From: Octopus vulgaris
Lineage: Eukaryota
Length of the DNA stretch: 64,000 nucleotides
NCBI GenBank assembly: GCA_951406725.2
Contig: OX597821.1
Location: forward strand, 111,414,001 to 111,478,000
Reading direction: 5' to 3'
The stretch's first letter is position 1, and every line of letters starts with the position of its first letter. Shown here piece after piece: positions 42,650-57,464 of this stretch. Under the pieces are notes generated by a model. It saw only the letters and a program-made list of their open reading frames with translations. It did no database searches and was not told the origin of the DNA. A program made the translations under genes and the position numbers.

Positions 42650-42856
42650 AACATTTCTACTATAGGCACAAGGCCAGAAATTTTGGAGAAGGGGCTAGTC
42701 GATTAGATCGATCTCAGTGTTCAACTCGTACTTATTTCATCGATCCCGAAAGGATGAAAGGCAAAGTCGACCTCGGCGAACTCAGAACGTAGCGATGGGC
42801 GAAATAACGCCAAGCATTTCGCCCGGCGTGCTAACTATTCGGCCAGCTCGCCACCT
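42650..42856 (-). mobile_element. SINE family B1
   Basis: CCCGAAAGGATGAAAGGCAAAGTCGACCTCGGC..CCAGCTCGCC. Confidence 0.85.
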
Positions 42857-42931
<75 letters not shown>

Positions 42932-43078
42932 TGAACGAACTAGTGAGTTTAGTTTAATGGCCTACAAATGTATACTATGAGTTTCTTTGCCCTAGGAGTC
43001 GGGAAGACACTCGGCAAGAAATGGAAGCAAATTTGAAAGAAGAAGAAAAACTCATAAATAGTAATAATAATAATAATG

Positions 43079-43591
<513 letters not shown>

Positions 43592-43626
43592 AATAATAAT
43601 AATAATAATAATGATAATAATAATAA

Positions 43627-43961
43627 TGGGGGAGCATCATAGCCGTGTTTTGAAAGGAATTCTTAGGGGCTTGGGTAATTCACTTCTGGAAACATGGGTG
43701 GCTCGTTCAACATCCTTAAACAACCCTTATTCAGGAACCTTTTGAGTGGGATGGGTTACTCGACCAGAAGAAAATTCTAACTGGGCCCCACCTGCAAGGT
43801 CATGTGCTGTTTATCTTGATATGAGATCACCATATCGCGCACATATGGTTTGATGCATGTGCCTCTTGTACTCTTATCAGACGGGTAGTCATGGTGGGTA
43901 TACTGGGCTTCGTATATTTAACTCCAGTGTCACTTTAATGGCATGCACTGCTCTCTCACTC
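43627..43961 (+). mobile_element. Element X (non-coding, AAT-embedded), 5' truncated
   Basis: Ends GCACTGCTCTCTCACTC then (AAT)n; five copies in the window. Confidence 0.85.
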
Positions 43962-44110
<149 letters not shown>

Positions 44111-44133
44111 TAACAACAATAATAACAATAATA

Positions 44134-44416
44134 AATGCCCTGATGCAGTACCAGGCACTGGCTCTCATGGCTAATGATCTTAACTGATTGGAGGTGTTAT
44201 CATGTACATTGTTTTGTCTTGGTATAAAAGATGGGCTACAGCAAATATTCTGCTCAATGCCACAGATTTGCTTGTCGGTTGTTTGATCTTAACCAGTTGA
44301 GCATGGCCCTTAGTGGCTGACGATATGGGCATCTCTGATCATGAGCAGAAGTAGTGGGGGAACATTATAGCTATGTGTTGAAAGGAATTCCTTGGGGTTC
44401 GGATGATTCACATCTG
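44134..44416 (+). mobile_element. Element X 5' half, followed by a SINE B head on the minus strand (44415-44499)
   Basis: Starts AATGCCCTGATGCAGTACCAGGCA directly after (AAT)n. Confidence 0.85.
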
Positions 44417-44498
44417 AATTTGAACTCAGAACATAGAGGCAGACGAAATACCACTAAACATTTCGCCCGGCTTGCTAACGATTCTGCCAGCTCGCCGC

Positions 44499-44583
<85 letters not shown>

Positions 44584-44648
44584 AAGAAGAAGAAGAAGAA
44601 GAAGAAGAAGAAGAAGAAGAAGAAGAAGAAGAAGAAGAAGAAGAAGAA

Positions 44649-45133
44649 GAAAAGGTCACAAAAAATGAGAAAGCAACCATACTCTGGCAAATGCCAATAC
44701 ACACAGAGAAATTAAGGCCAATAGGCCGGACATAGTTGTCAGAGATCACCAAGAAGAAAAAATGCTTTCTAATCGATGCATCTATACCAACAGATGACAA
44801 CGTTTCTCTAAAAGAAATGGAGAAACTTTCAAAATACGAAGACCTGGAAATAGAGGCAACTCGAATGTGAAGTCTAAAAACAGAAACCATTCTTATCATA
44901 GTAGGCGCATTAGGTATGATAAAAAAATATTCAGACAAATAAATAGCAAAAACACCAAGATAACTATTTATAACATACAGAAAATAGCACTACTAAACAC
45001 TGCACACAACCTCCGTAAAACACATTCAATACAGTGAAATAAGAGCACCACAACAAACCACAGCACATACATAAGGCACACAGAGCTGCGCACGGTAGTG
45101 CAGTGAAAGCGCGTGATAAAAATAAGACTAGTG
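44649..45133 (+). mobile_element. RLE-type LINE family R-a, older degenerate 3' fragment
   Basis: EKATILWQMPIHT..NRPDIVVRD..KCFLIDASIPTDDNVSLKEMEKLSKY; contains stops. Confidence 0.88.
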
Positions 45134-45665
45134 AAGCAGTACCAGGTAGTGGCTCTCATGGCTTCTCATCTTAACTGATTGGAAATGTTATCATGTACAT
45201 TGTTTTGTCTTGGTATAAAAGATGGGCTACAGCAAATATTCTGCTCAAGATTTACTTGCCAGTTGTTTGACCATAGCCAGTTGAGTATGTCCCTTAGTGG
45301 CTGACGATATGTGCCTCTCTGATAACAGGCAAGAATTGTGGGAGAGTAGTGTTGAGAGGAATTCCTTGGGGTTTGGATAATTCACCTCTGGAAACATGGG
45401 TGTTTCTTTCAACATCCTCAAACTGCCCTTATTCAAGGACCATTTGTGCAGGATGGGCTACTCAACCTGAAGAAAATTCTAACTGGATTCCTAACTGCAA
45501 GATCATGCTCTGTTTATCTTGATATGAGATCACCATGTCGCGCACATATGGTTTGATACATGTGGCTGGTGTACCCTTATCAGACGGGTAGTCATGATGG
45601 GTATACTGAGCTTCATATATCTGTACCCCAGCGTCACTTTGATGGCAGGAACTGCTCTCTCACTC
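45132..45665 (+). mobile_element. Element X, near full length, fused to the R-a 3' end
   Basis: GCAGTACCAGGTAGTGGCTCTCATGG ... CTGCTCTCTCACTC. Confidence 0.85.
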
Positions 45666-45670
45666 AATAT

Positions 45671-45716
<46 letters not shown>

Positions 45717-46157
45717 AATAATAATAATAATATTAATAATTGGCGTTGAGAGTGCTAATGAATCCCGATCACGAATAGCCAACGAGAGAGAAGAAACTCT
45801 ACTTTGCATAGAATTACATGGTCAGTTCCACCGTGAAACTAACAATATGAAAGACTAGGAAGCATCATCGAAGTGGCTCAGCAAAAGTGGTCTTAAAAAG
45901 AAGGCTGAAAGCCTAATCATCGCTTTCGAGGACCAGGCATTGAATATAAACCCAGTGAATAGGGATATATAATATTCACGTGCAATGAACCTCAGTAGAA
46001 TGTGCGGGAAGAAGGTCGGGAGCGTGATTCACATTGTTAGTGCTTGCGGAAGTCTTGTGCAGAAATAGTACTAACGCAGACACGACAGGGGAGCACAACA
46101 CCTTCATTCGCTACTATGCCGGAAGTATGGATACGAGGTAACGGGTGCTTGGTATCA

Positions 46158-46387
46158 GCGGCGAGCTGGCAGAAACGTTAGCACGCCGGGCGAAATGCTT
46201 AGCGGTATTTCGTCTGCGTTACGTTGTGAGTTCAAATTCCACCGAGGTCGACTTTGCCTTTCATCCTTTCGGGGTCGATAAATTAAAGTACCAGTTACGC
46301 ACTGGGGTCGATGTAATCGACTTAATACCTATGTCTGTCCTTGTTTGTCCGCTCTGTGTTTAGCCCCTTGTGGGTAATAAAGAAATA
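46158..46387 (+). mobile_element. SINE family B2 with 9-bp target duplication GGTATCAGC
   Basis: GGTATCAGC at 46151-46159 and 46388-46396. Confidence 0.92.
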
Positions 46388-46710
46388 GGTATCAGCATAC
46401 AACGGAAAAGGTTATGGACAAAAACGGGAAGGCAAACATCCTCTGGGATTTTGACTTTCAAAGAGACAAGGTGTTAGAGGGACAAACAAGAGTGCTTAAT
46501 AATCGACCTAGCAGTGCCAGGAGGAGATCAACATATTATCACGAAGGAACGAGAAAAGATCGATAAATATGGAAACCTGAGAATTGAGATTGGAAGGATG
46601 TGACAGCTGCGCGACTCAAACATTAATGTTTTTCCTGTTGTCATCGGAGCATTGGGTTCAATACCACCCAACCTGGAGATGCATCTGGATACTTTAGAAA
46701 TACCTTACAC

Positions 46711-46875
46711 CAGTGGTTCCCAAACTTTTCGCTACCACTGATCCCTTTTATCTAAATGAGTTTTCCCACGGACCCCAGGATATTGAAAGTCTGTCAGTTT
46801 AACACGTTCACGGTTCCCCCACTACTACCTTTGCGGACTACTAGCGTTCCTTGGACCTTAGGTTGGGAACCACTA
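46711..46875. mobile_element. hAT (Charlie-like) MITE
   Basis: CAGTGGTTCCCAA ... TTGGGAACCACTA; imperfect 8-bp duplication CCTTACAC/CACTACAC. Confidence 0.8.
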
Positions 46876-46979
46876 CACTACACTCTTGGTATATTGTAAA
46901 AATTGGCTTTACTTGGAACTGCACGCATAAAGTACTGTCTGCCTGAAGTTCTTGTGATATGACAGATTTAACAGACAGT

Positions 46980-47280
46980 AAAATTTTCGGTCGAAAGACA
47001 GACGGAATATCGCGAAGCTTTTTGTCCAGTGTGCTAACGATTCTGGCAGCTTGCTGTCTTAATGGTTCTAAATTTTGGCAAAAGGTCAGCAATCTTAGAA
47101 GTGGGGTGGGGGTTTATGGGGTAAGTCGATTTCGTTGGCCCCAGAGCTCAACTGATACTTATTTTATCGACCCCGAAAGGATGAAAAGTAAAGTCGATCT
47201 CAGGGGAAGTTGAACTCAGAATGTCTAGACTAGACGGAAAAAATGTTAAGCATTTTGTCTGGCTTACTCAACACTCCACC
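46980..47280 (-). mobile_element. Degenerate SINE B copies
   Basis: TATCGACCCCGAAAGGATGAAAAGTAAAGTCGA; GCTAACGATTCTGGCAGC. Confidence 0.7.
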
Positions 47281-47304
47281 AGTCGGTGCTGCTGCTAAGC
47301 TGAT

Positions 47305-47342
<38 letters not shown>

Positions 47343-47359
47343 TATTTGTCTCGATAGTC

Positions 47360-47661
47360 GTTTGTTCCATTTCGAGCCATCCCTGGCTCATAGGGCCGGT
47401 TTCTCGGTTTCCTTGGCGTATAGGTTCCCCACTTGGATGGGACGCTAGTCCGTCGCAGGTGAGCTGCAAGATGCAGGAGGAACGAGTGAGAGAAAGTTGT
47501 GGCGAAAGAGTCAGCAGAAGTTCTTCCATTACCTTCTGCCCGAGCTGCGTGGAGCTTAAGTGTTTCGCTCATAAACACACACATCGCCCGGTGTGAGATT
47601 CGAACCCGCGATCCCTCGACCGCGAAGTCCGCTGCTCTAACCACTAGGCCGTGCGCCTCCA
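47360..47661 (-). mobile_element. SINE family C-related, full tRNA-like head
   Basis: Reverse complement GGAGGCGCACGGCCTAGTGGTTAGAGCAGCGGAC..GGGTTCGAATCTC. Confidence 0.85.
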
Positions 47662-47829
47662 TCGTCTTGATAGTCATGTGTTTCAAAAATGGACGTTGGT
47701 AGAGAACTACAGCACCATAACTTTCCTGAGGAATTTTGTGGTTCATAGAGTCAGAGCGGACTTATTTCCGAGTCTCTGAATTTTCTAAAGACGAAAGTGA
47801 CAAATAAGTGTCTGCTTCACGAAAATTAG

Positions 47830-48175
47830 TTTGTTAGCCGCACCGGTTCATTGGTTTCATTACGACGACGAGGGTTCCAGTTGATCCGATCAACGGAGCA
47901 GCCTGCTTATGCAATTAATGTACAAGTGGTTGAATGTACCCTAGACACATGTACCCTAAATGTTGTTCTCAGGGAGATTCAGTGTGACAGAACGTGACAG
48001 GGCTAACCCATTTAAATTACAGGTACAACTCATTATTACCAGCTGAGTGGATTGGAGCAATGGGAGGTAAAGTGTCTTGCTCAAGAACACAACGCGTCGC
48101 TGCGAATTGAACTCACAGCCTTAAGATCGTAAAGTCGTGAGTTCGAACACCCTAACCACTAAGCCACGCGCCTTC
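47830..48175 (-). mobile_element. SINE family D-related
   Basis: Reverse complement GGCGCGTGGCTTAGTGGTTAGGGTG..GTGTTCTTGAGCAAGACACTT. Confidence 0.8.
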
Positions 48176-48859
48176 ACACACACACATACACACAGGTACA
48201 CACACACACACGTCTGCACACAAACACAGACACACGCACAAGTCTGCACACAAACACAGACACAGGCACACGCACACACGTACGCACAGACACATACACA
48301 CGCACACAAACACAGACATAGACACACACATACACACTCACGTACGCACACAGACACAGACTGACAGACAGACCGACACACACACACACGTACACACGCA
48401 CACACACACACATACGCGCACACGCGTACGCACACAGACATACTGACAGACATAAACACGTACACTCACGAACGCACACAAACAGACTGACAGACACACA
48501 CATTCACGAACTAACACAGACACTGACTGACAGACAGACAGACACACACAGACACACAGACACAGACACACACACACACACACACACGTACGCACACAGA
48601 CACAGACTGACAGACAGACAGACACACACACACATACGCACACAGGCACAGACTGACAGACATACACACATTCACGAACGCACACAGAGACTGACTGACA
48701 CACACACACACACACACGGCTTGTCTTCGACATAGTTTTAGTCATCCAATTTCGTTCACAAGGCATTGATTTCTCTAAGGGTCAAGCAACTCAATCGAAT
48801 CCTTGGTCATGTTATAGAGAAACCATCGATACCTCAACCTACAATAAATTGTAGGGGGA

Positions 48860-49612
48860 TATGATGGTAACGAGGACGGCGAAGACGACGGTAGTGGTGG
48901 CGGTGGTGGTGATGATGATGGTGATGGGGGCGGTGACGGGGATGTCGGTGGCGGTCATGGTCGTGTGGTCAGGTGAAGGTGGATGCGGCACCGGTGGAAG
49001 TGGTGCTGCTGATGATGGAGGCGGTGGTGATGGTTGTGTGCAGCTGGTGATGGTGATGATGATGGTAGTGGTGGCAATGGTGGTAGCTGTGGTGGTGATG
49101 GTGGCGATGATGGCGGTAGTGGCAATGATGGTGGTGATGATGGTGAAGGTGGTGGAGGTGGTGGTGGTGATGGTGGAGGTGGTGGTAGTGGTGGTGGTGT
49201 TGGCAGCAGTGTTGGCGATGGCGGCACTCCCAGTGGTGCTGGTGGTGGTAGTGATGGTGGTCGAATGGCTACTTAAATAAATAGCAGCGATACAGGATAA
49301 GAGGAGAGAGAGAGGGGGTGATAGCGAGAGAGAAAGAGAGGGAGAGAGAGAACGACAGAGAGAGAAAGAGAGCGAGAGAGAGAGCGAGGGAGAGAATGAG
49401 AGAGAGAGGGAGAGGGAGAGAGAGAGAGGGAGAGAGAGGGAGAGTGAATGAGAGAGAAAGGGAGAGAGAGAATGAGAGAGACAGAGAGAGGGAGAAAGAG
49501 ATAGAGTGAGAGCGAGAGAGAGGGAGGGAGAGAGAGAGAGCGACAGAGAGTGACAGGGAGAGAAAGAGGGAGAGAGGGAGAGAGAGAGAGCGAAAGCGAG
49601 AGCGAGAGAGAG
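48860..49612. repeat. (GGT/GAT)n tract followed by (GA)n tract
   Basis: Direct inspection. Confidence 0.95.
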
Positions 49613-50216
49613 GTGGGTGTGCGTTTGGCGGGTTGAGAATCGCGAATTGGGTAAATTAAAAGCTTGCAACGCGCCAATCGGAGGTTTTTTTTTCTGAGTA
49701 ACGACTTGAAAAGGTCACGGGCCAAGACTCGAGAAGAAATCAATGACGACATTGTTTAACTGTGTTCTGTTAACCTGATAACATTCAGCAATGATTATGT
49801 GACGGCCATTGAACGAGAATACATCGAAATACATTAGCCCCCCCCCACTCTCTCCACCACCACCACCACCACCTTCAATATACCAACCATTCTCTGTCTC
49901 TTTCTGTCTCATTGTCTTTTTCTTTCTGTCCCTTTGTCTCTGTCTGTCTGTCTGTCTGTCTGTCTGTCCCTCTTTCTCGCTCTCTCTCTATATCTCTCTC
50001 TTTCTTTCTCTGTGGTGTACGAAATATTTCACAAACGCAACGCCACAACTTATTTTCTCCCAAAGCCATTCCCCCAAAAATATAAAAAAACGAACAGAAC
50101 TAAGAAATTCCCGCGTGTGTGCGTATGCATACATTCATATATATATATGCGCATTTGTGTATGTATGTATGTATGTATGTATGTATGTATATATATATAC
50201 ATATAAATATACATAC

Positions 50217-50256
<40 letters not shown>

Positions 50257-50290
50257 ATACACAAATACATGTACAAATATAAATACATGT

Positions 50291-50345
<55 letters not shown>

Positions 50346-50984
50346 CATATATATAAATATATACATATATAAATATATTATACACATTTTGTACACACAC
50401 ACACACGCACGCACACAGACACACACACATATGTATATAGAAAGTGTGTGAGTGAGTGAGTGTAAGAGACAGACGCAACTATATATCTTTGACGTAATCA
50501 AATTCACTTCCAAGTGACAGAAGTTTCTATAACCCAAACTACTTATACTTCGAAATGCTTCCAATTCTTTAACAGTCCCAAATCTAATAAAACCCAACCA
50601 AAAATGACGCATTCTTCCTCATATGCAGGAATCTATATTTTGGCTTCTTTCTTTCTCTGGGCGTTTTGAAACTTTTTCCCTTCTACTTCTTGTTCTTGTG
50701 TAGGTTTTTTTTCTTCCCGATTCTTCCTCATACAACATATTTTTAGCTTCAGGCTAGCTTCGTACACGTCTTTGCTCAAAACCCGCCATTTTTCTAGTCT
50801 TTTCGTTATTTTTTTCTTTTCCATTTTACGTCCCTATCAAGACTCAAAGTCTTTTAAGTTTGACCTGCGATGAATGTCTCTACAACATGCCACGTGAAAC
50901 CAGCATAATGTCGGCGCTTAGTACAATGGTGCCACAATGTTGTTCCTCTTGAGGCACGTTATGGATACAGCGGCATCTAATTGC

Positions 50985-51215
50985 ATCTCTTTTCTTTTAA
51001 ATGTTTTAGTTATCAGACTGTGGCCATGCTGGGGCACCGCCTTGAAATATTTTTAGTCGAACGAATCGACCTCAATACATATCTTCCGTTTAAGCCTTGT
51101 ACTTATTGTGTCAAATTCTTTTGCCGAACCGCAAAGTTACAGGAACGTAAGCAAACCAATATTGGTTGTCAGGCAGTAGTGTGTGTGTGTGTGGGGGGAC
51201 AAACACAGATTAAAA
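50985..51215 (-). mobile_element. SINE family A 3' half
   Basis: GACTGTGGCCATGCTGGGGCACCGCC..TTTTGCCGAACCGC. Confidence 0.75.
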
Positions 51216-51461
51216 AGACACTCCTACACACGCACGGACACATACACACACATATAAATTAGAAAAAAAACACCTTTTACCAATTCGACAATGAAAAATT
51301 AAATTATACCATTTAGAAAAAATTACTTATAGAAAAATTAAATATTAGATAAAACATATACCAATGATTATGTAATGTGCAAAATAATATATAAAACGTA
51401 TATATTTTGTAGAATAACTACACGTGTTTCGTGACTATATTTAAGAAATGATAAATATATG

Positions 51462-51538
<77 letters not shown>

Positions 51539-51559
51539 GTGTGTGTGTGTGTGTGTGTC

Positions 51560-51742
51560 TTTGTTTCTGTTTGTATTTGTTCCCACTACCGATTGACAAC
51601 CGATGTTGGTGTGTTTACGTTACCGTAACCTAGTTCGGGCAAAAATAGTAATGGAATAAGAAGTGGGGTCGATTACTTCGACTAAAATTCTTCAAGGCGG
51701 TGCCCCAGCATGGCCGCGGTCTAATGACTGAAGCAAGATAAA

Positions 51743-51745
<3 letters not shown>
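51560..51745 (+). mobile_element. SINE family A 3' half
   Basis: TTGACAACCGATGTTGG..CCAGCATGGCCGCGG. Confidence 0.75.
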
Positions 51746-51798
<53 letters not shown>

Positions 51799-52134
51799 AT
51801 TATTATTATTATTGCTTCTTTTTGTATTATTTTTGTATTTATATTCGTGTAACATCGTCTGTTTTTCCGTCCTTGTTTTCATATATATTCGATGCTTTTT
51901 CCAAGTAATCTAATGCTCTTAGCTTAGTTTTTCCTTGGGGCTGGCCAGATTGGAGCAATCTCAAGATTAATCAGCCGAAATTGCGAAGATGATCCAGTTC
52001 TTGACTGAAGATTAAAGGCTTCGAATGAACCGTCCGTGATTTTTTGTATCGTCTATCTGGATGTTTTGCGTTCTTGTCCCATTTTGTATTACACACACAC
52101 ACACACACACACCCACACACACCCACCCACACAT

Positions 52135-52171
<37 letters not shown>

Positions 52172-52196
52172 AAGAGAGAGAAAGGGGTAGATGTGG

Positions 52197-52254
<58 letters not shown>

Positions 52255-52368
52255 AGATATATATATATATATATTTACGAATATGAATTCATATATGTAT
52301 GTGTATGTATTTGCGTGAGTTTTTGAGCGCGTGCAGATATCATATCTATATGTATGTGTATAAATACA

Positions 52369-52427
<59 letters not shown>

Positions 52428-52740
52428 ACATACATATATATACATACATATGCACACACACACATATATAAATACATACAAGAGATTCTCCTTCAGATAT
52501 TTAGTTACACTATTTTACGTACATTATGGTAATGAAAAGTGATTATTAATTACATAACGTAAATTATTAAATAGAACAATGTTTTGCCAAATCTATTGAG
52601 ACGTGTAACTTCTATGCATACTTATAAATACGTATATACACATTTACATACATACACAATCACCCATACAGATAAAATGATACACTACCCCTCCCATATA
52701 TATATACATATATACATATATATACATATATATATATATA

Positions 52741-53035
52741 CTCTCTTTAACTCTCTTTACTCTTTTACTTGTTTCAGTCATTTGACTGTGGCCATGCTGG
52801 AGCACCACCTTTATTCTCTGGAAGCCTAGTACTTATTCTATCGGTCTCTTTTGCCGAACCGCTAAGTTGCGGGGACGTAAGCACACCAACATCGGTTGTC
52901 AAGCGATGTTGGGGAGACAACCGCAGACACACAGACACATACATACATACATACATACGTACTAAGTGACGGGTACGTAAACACACCAGCATCGGTTGTC
53001 AAGCAATGCTAGGGGGACAAACACACACAAACACA

Positions 53036-53116
<81 letters not shown>

Positions 53117-53280
53117 GACAGGCATCTTTCAGTTTCCGTCTACCAAATCCACTCACAAGGCATTGGTCGGCCCGGGGCTATAGCAGAAGACACTTGCCCA
53201 AGATGCCACGCAGTGGGACTGAACCCGGAACCATGTGGTTGGTTAGCAAGCTACTTACCACACAGCCACTCCTGCACCTA
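52741..53280 (-). mobile_element. SINE family A with an internal duplication or nested copy
   Basis: CATCGGTTGTCAAGC occurs twice; head intact near 53280. Confidence 0.88.
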
Positions 53281-53967
53281 TAGAAAATAATATTTTAAAA
53301 CAAAAATGAGAAGATAATATTTTAAAACAAAAATGTATTAATACATATTAACTTAGAATATACATGAAAAATAAAAATAAATGGAAGAAAAGACTGCCGG
53401 TAGGAATACTTTTCTGCGGACCCTTAGATAATTTTTTCCCTCTTATTTGACAAGGGGAATCATTCCCGAAATACTATAGACACTTTCAACAACCTTTGTA
53501 AAGTAATACAAAATTATTTCGTTGTTTTTATCAATTGACAGCACCTTACATATTTTTTATCTAGAGGTTGTCATATGTATTGCACATAGGCTAGCTTTCT
53601 GAAAACATATTAAATTAAAGTTATTTCCAAAAATAGAATTACAAAAAGCAAAATAGAGAAGGAAAAAACATACTAAAAACACAAAACATGGTCAATACCT
53701 CTTAGATAATTCTACAATTCGCAGTTTTGACATTCACTTACGATTCATTGAATTCTTTCTTTTACGCTATCAAAATGTTTCTTTTGGAGATTTTGGAAGT
53801 TCTGCAGCTTTGATTGGTTTGTTACTTCCATTCTTTATTTTTACTTTTCCAAGATTTCTAAAAGTTTCTGTATTGCACTTTATTCTCAAGTTAATTTTTC
53901 ATGCTCAATATTCACCCCGCCCCACCATCACCCCATCATCGACGTCGCCGTTGGCACCGACACCGTG

Positions 53968-54061
<94 letters not shown>

Positions 54062-54126
54062 TAATAATAATAATAATAATGATAATAATAATAATAATAA
54101 TAATGATAATAATAATAATAATAATA

Positions 54127-54579
54127 ACAGCAAATATTCTGCTCAATACCACAGATTTGCTTGTTAGTTGTTAGACTTTAACCAGTTGAGCATGTCCCTT
54201 AGTGGCTGACGATATGTGCATCTCTGATCACGAGCAGAAGTAGTGGGGGAGCATCATAGCCATGTGTTGAGAGGGATTCTTTGGGGTTTGAATAATTCAC
54301 TTCTGGAAACATGGGTGGTTCTTTCAACATCCTTAAACAACCCTTATCCAGGGACCTTTTGAGTGGGATGGGCTACTCAACCTGAAGAAAATTCTAACTG
54401 GGCCCCACCTGCAAGGTCATGTGCTGTTTATCTTTTTATGAGATCACCATGTCGCGCACATATGGTTGTGATGCATGTGCCTGGTGTACCCTTATCAGAC
54501 AGGTAGTCATGGTGGGTATATTAGGCTTCGTATATTTTACCCCAGTGTCATTTTGATGGCATGAACTGCTCTCTCACTC
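54127..54579 (+). mobile_element. Element X, 5' truncated, flanked by (AAT)n
   Basis: Same 3' end CTGCTCTCTCACTC-(AAT)n. Confidence 0.88.
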
Positions 54580-54631
<52 letters not shown>

Positions 54632-54834
54632 GTACTGAGAAGAGCATTATCGCTGTGAAAACAACATCAATTCATGAATTTATTTATTTATTATTTTTTT
54701 GAATACATATTTTACATGTAAATTTGCGTGTGTAATCTGGGAATCCATGCAATGAGCTTCTCTGTCCTAGGTGTACGGAAAACACTCGGCGAGAAATGGA
54801 AGAAAATTTGAAGAAAGAAGGAAAAAAATAATAA

Positions 54835-55515
54835 TGCGATATATACCCCACGACTGCAACGAACCTCTGCAGAATATGTGGGAAGCGATTCGAAAGGGTG
54901 ACTAACATTGTTAGTACTTGTGAAAGCCTTGCGTTGAAAAAGTACAAGCGCAGACACGACAAGGTGTTCCACAACCTTCACTGGGTAATATGCCGGAAGT
55001 ATGGATACGAGGCAACGGGTGCTTGATCCCAACATACACGGGAAAAGGTAATGGACGAAAACGAGAAGGCAAAGATACTCTGGGACTTTGACTTCAGACA
55101 AAGAAGGTGTTAGTGCACCGAAGGCCAGATATAGTGACCTTTAGGAGGGACGAACAAGAGTGCCAGAACATCAACGTATCATCATGAAAAAAATATTGGT
55201 AAATATGGAGACTTGAGAATATGTGGCAGTTGCGAGATTCCAAGATTCAGGTTATTCCTGTTGTCATCGGAGCATTGGGTTCAATACCATCCGAGCTGAA
55301 AAAAAAAACAACCGGAAACTTTAGAAATAACCTACAAACTAGGTGTAGTGCAAAAGTCGGCATTACTTGGAACTGCACGTATATTGCATGAAAGTACTGT
55401 CTGACTACTGAGGTCCTTGTTGAGACTTGACGGACATTACAAACTCCCGGTAGACACAATATCTTCAATCAACGACATCACCATTTTGGATGCTGTGCAA
55501 CATCTTAAATATTAA
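54835..55515 (+). pseudogene. RLE-type LINE family R-b 3' fragment ending in AAT repeats
   Basis: NLCRICGKRFERVTNIVSTCESLALKKYKRRHDKV..KILWDFDF..RPDIV..IPVVIGALG..ALLGTARIL. Confidence 0.88.
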
Positions 55516-55534
55516 TAATAATCGTCGTCGTAAC

Positions 55535-55610
<76 letters not shown>

Positions 55611-55642
55611 GTCGTCAACATCTCTTCCCGACTATGACCGTC

Positions 55643-55696
<54 letters not shown>

Positions 55697-55698
55697 TA

Positions 55699-55756
<58 letters not shown>

Positions 55757-56331
55757 CAATTTAGTAATTTAGTAATTTTTTAGCTGAAGGCTAGCAATTA
55801 CAGACTAAAGGGTAAGGCGATTTTATCGACCTCAGCCCTCAACTGGCACTTATCGACCCGAAAGGATAATTGTCGTCGTCATCAACACCACCACCACCAC
55901 CGTTAGTAACATAAACCTTCTCCTCCTCCTGCTGCTTCTCATCATCATCATCATCATCATCATCGTCGTCGTCGTCGTCGTCGTCATCACCTCCGACACC
56001 GTCATAGCCTTTCCAGTAGGATATCTACCTGGGCGTACAGCAATGCCACAATCTGCAGCCAGTGTTGTTTAGAAGAATTAAAACAAAAAATGGTGAAAGT
56101 GACAAGAGTTAAAAAAAGCAAAGCAAAAAAAAAAAAATAATAAAAATAATAAAAAATAAAAAAACGTGTTACATCGTCGAAAATAACGAATGACATGAGG
56201 AATAACAAAAATAAAATAAAATAAAATAAAAATAAAATAAATAAATGGAAACTGTGTCATAATAACAAAAGAAAACTGTGGAAGAGATGACACAATACCA
56301 GGACGAATATTATCACCTCCACCATCACCAC

Positions 56332-56370
<39 letters not shown>

Positions 56371-56650
56371 TATCATCATCGTCAACACCACCGTCGCAAA
56401 TGCTGTCGTCGTCGTCGTCGTCGCCGCCGCCACCACCACCACCACAACCACCACCACCACCACAACCACCACCACCACCACCACCACCACCGGTGGCACT
56501 GCCACTGTGTAAGCCAACGACAGCAGACTTGTCAACGTGTATTCATTTGTCAGAGAGAGGAAATTGTTCTCTGTTCAATTTCTGTGTTCCAGACATCGTA
56601 CAGACGACATGAGATTCATAAATAGTACAGGAGACTCTGAGACACACAAT

Positions 56651-56681
<31 letters not shown>

Positions 56682-56703
56682 GCGGGGGGAAACACACACA
56701 CAT

Positions 56704-56740
<37 letters not shown>

Positions 56741-56960
56741 CATACACACACTGATACTGAGATACAGTTGCAGTGGCACAAACTCACAAGCATATATAGA
56801 CATAGAGACATATACGGAGGCACACGAATACAGACACACAGACAAGTGCAGACTTGTATGTGCTTGTCTATATGTGTATGTGCGTGTGTGTATAGACACG
56901 CACACACACATACACACACATATATATATATCTAAAAGTACACACACATTATCTCATATA

Positions 56961-56994
<34 letters not shown>

Positions 56995-57464
56995 GCATTC
57001 CAAACACACAATAAATAGATAAATAATTAAAAAATACGCACACATACACACACATATATATACACAAACTTAGAGCTACATATGAACACGTACACATATA
57101 GACACATATAGACACATATAGTCATAGTTTTGCATAACCAATAGACAAAACGTACACACAGATATAGTCATAAACACACACATACACAGAACCTGTGTCT
57201 ATACATTTTGTGACACCATTGCCGTGTTTATGCTCTTTTAATAGCACTCAGGACTGTTCTGTTAGAAGACACCCCAGGTGTGACCCTTCCATCTTTATTT
57301 TAGACATTATGTATCTTTATTTCAGTCGTAAAGGAGATTTGACTATTTCAGTCGTAAAGGAGATTTGACTATTATTTCTAACAGGTTGCACTACGAAGTT
57401 CTTTTGTTTCATCGAGAAAAAAAAAATAAAACGAACAAAAAATAAAGGAAAAAATACGATGAAA

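Larger units (their letters stand above)
45770..46945 (+). pseudogene. Second RLE-type LINE (family R-b) C-terminal remnant, interrupted by a SINE and a MITE
   Basis: LHGQFHRE..WLSKSGLKKKAESLIIAFEDQAL..RMCGKKVGSVIHIVSAC..RRHD..WYQH..ILWDF..KIDKY..PVVIGALG..LLGTA. Confidence 0.88.

Noticed and set aside
47585-47661. tRNA gene
   Set aside because: tRNA-like head continues into a SINE body seen elsewhere in the window
51930-51990. Hammerhead-like GGCTG..CAGCC-GAAA
   Set aside because: CTGANGA and cleavage triplet not recognisable
57319-57373. 26-bp direct repeat as a regulatory operator
   Set aside because: Simple two-copy slippage duplication; similar cases near 53286 and 29458
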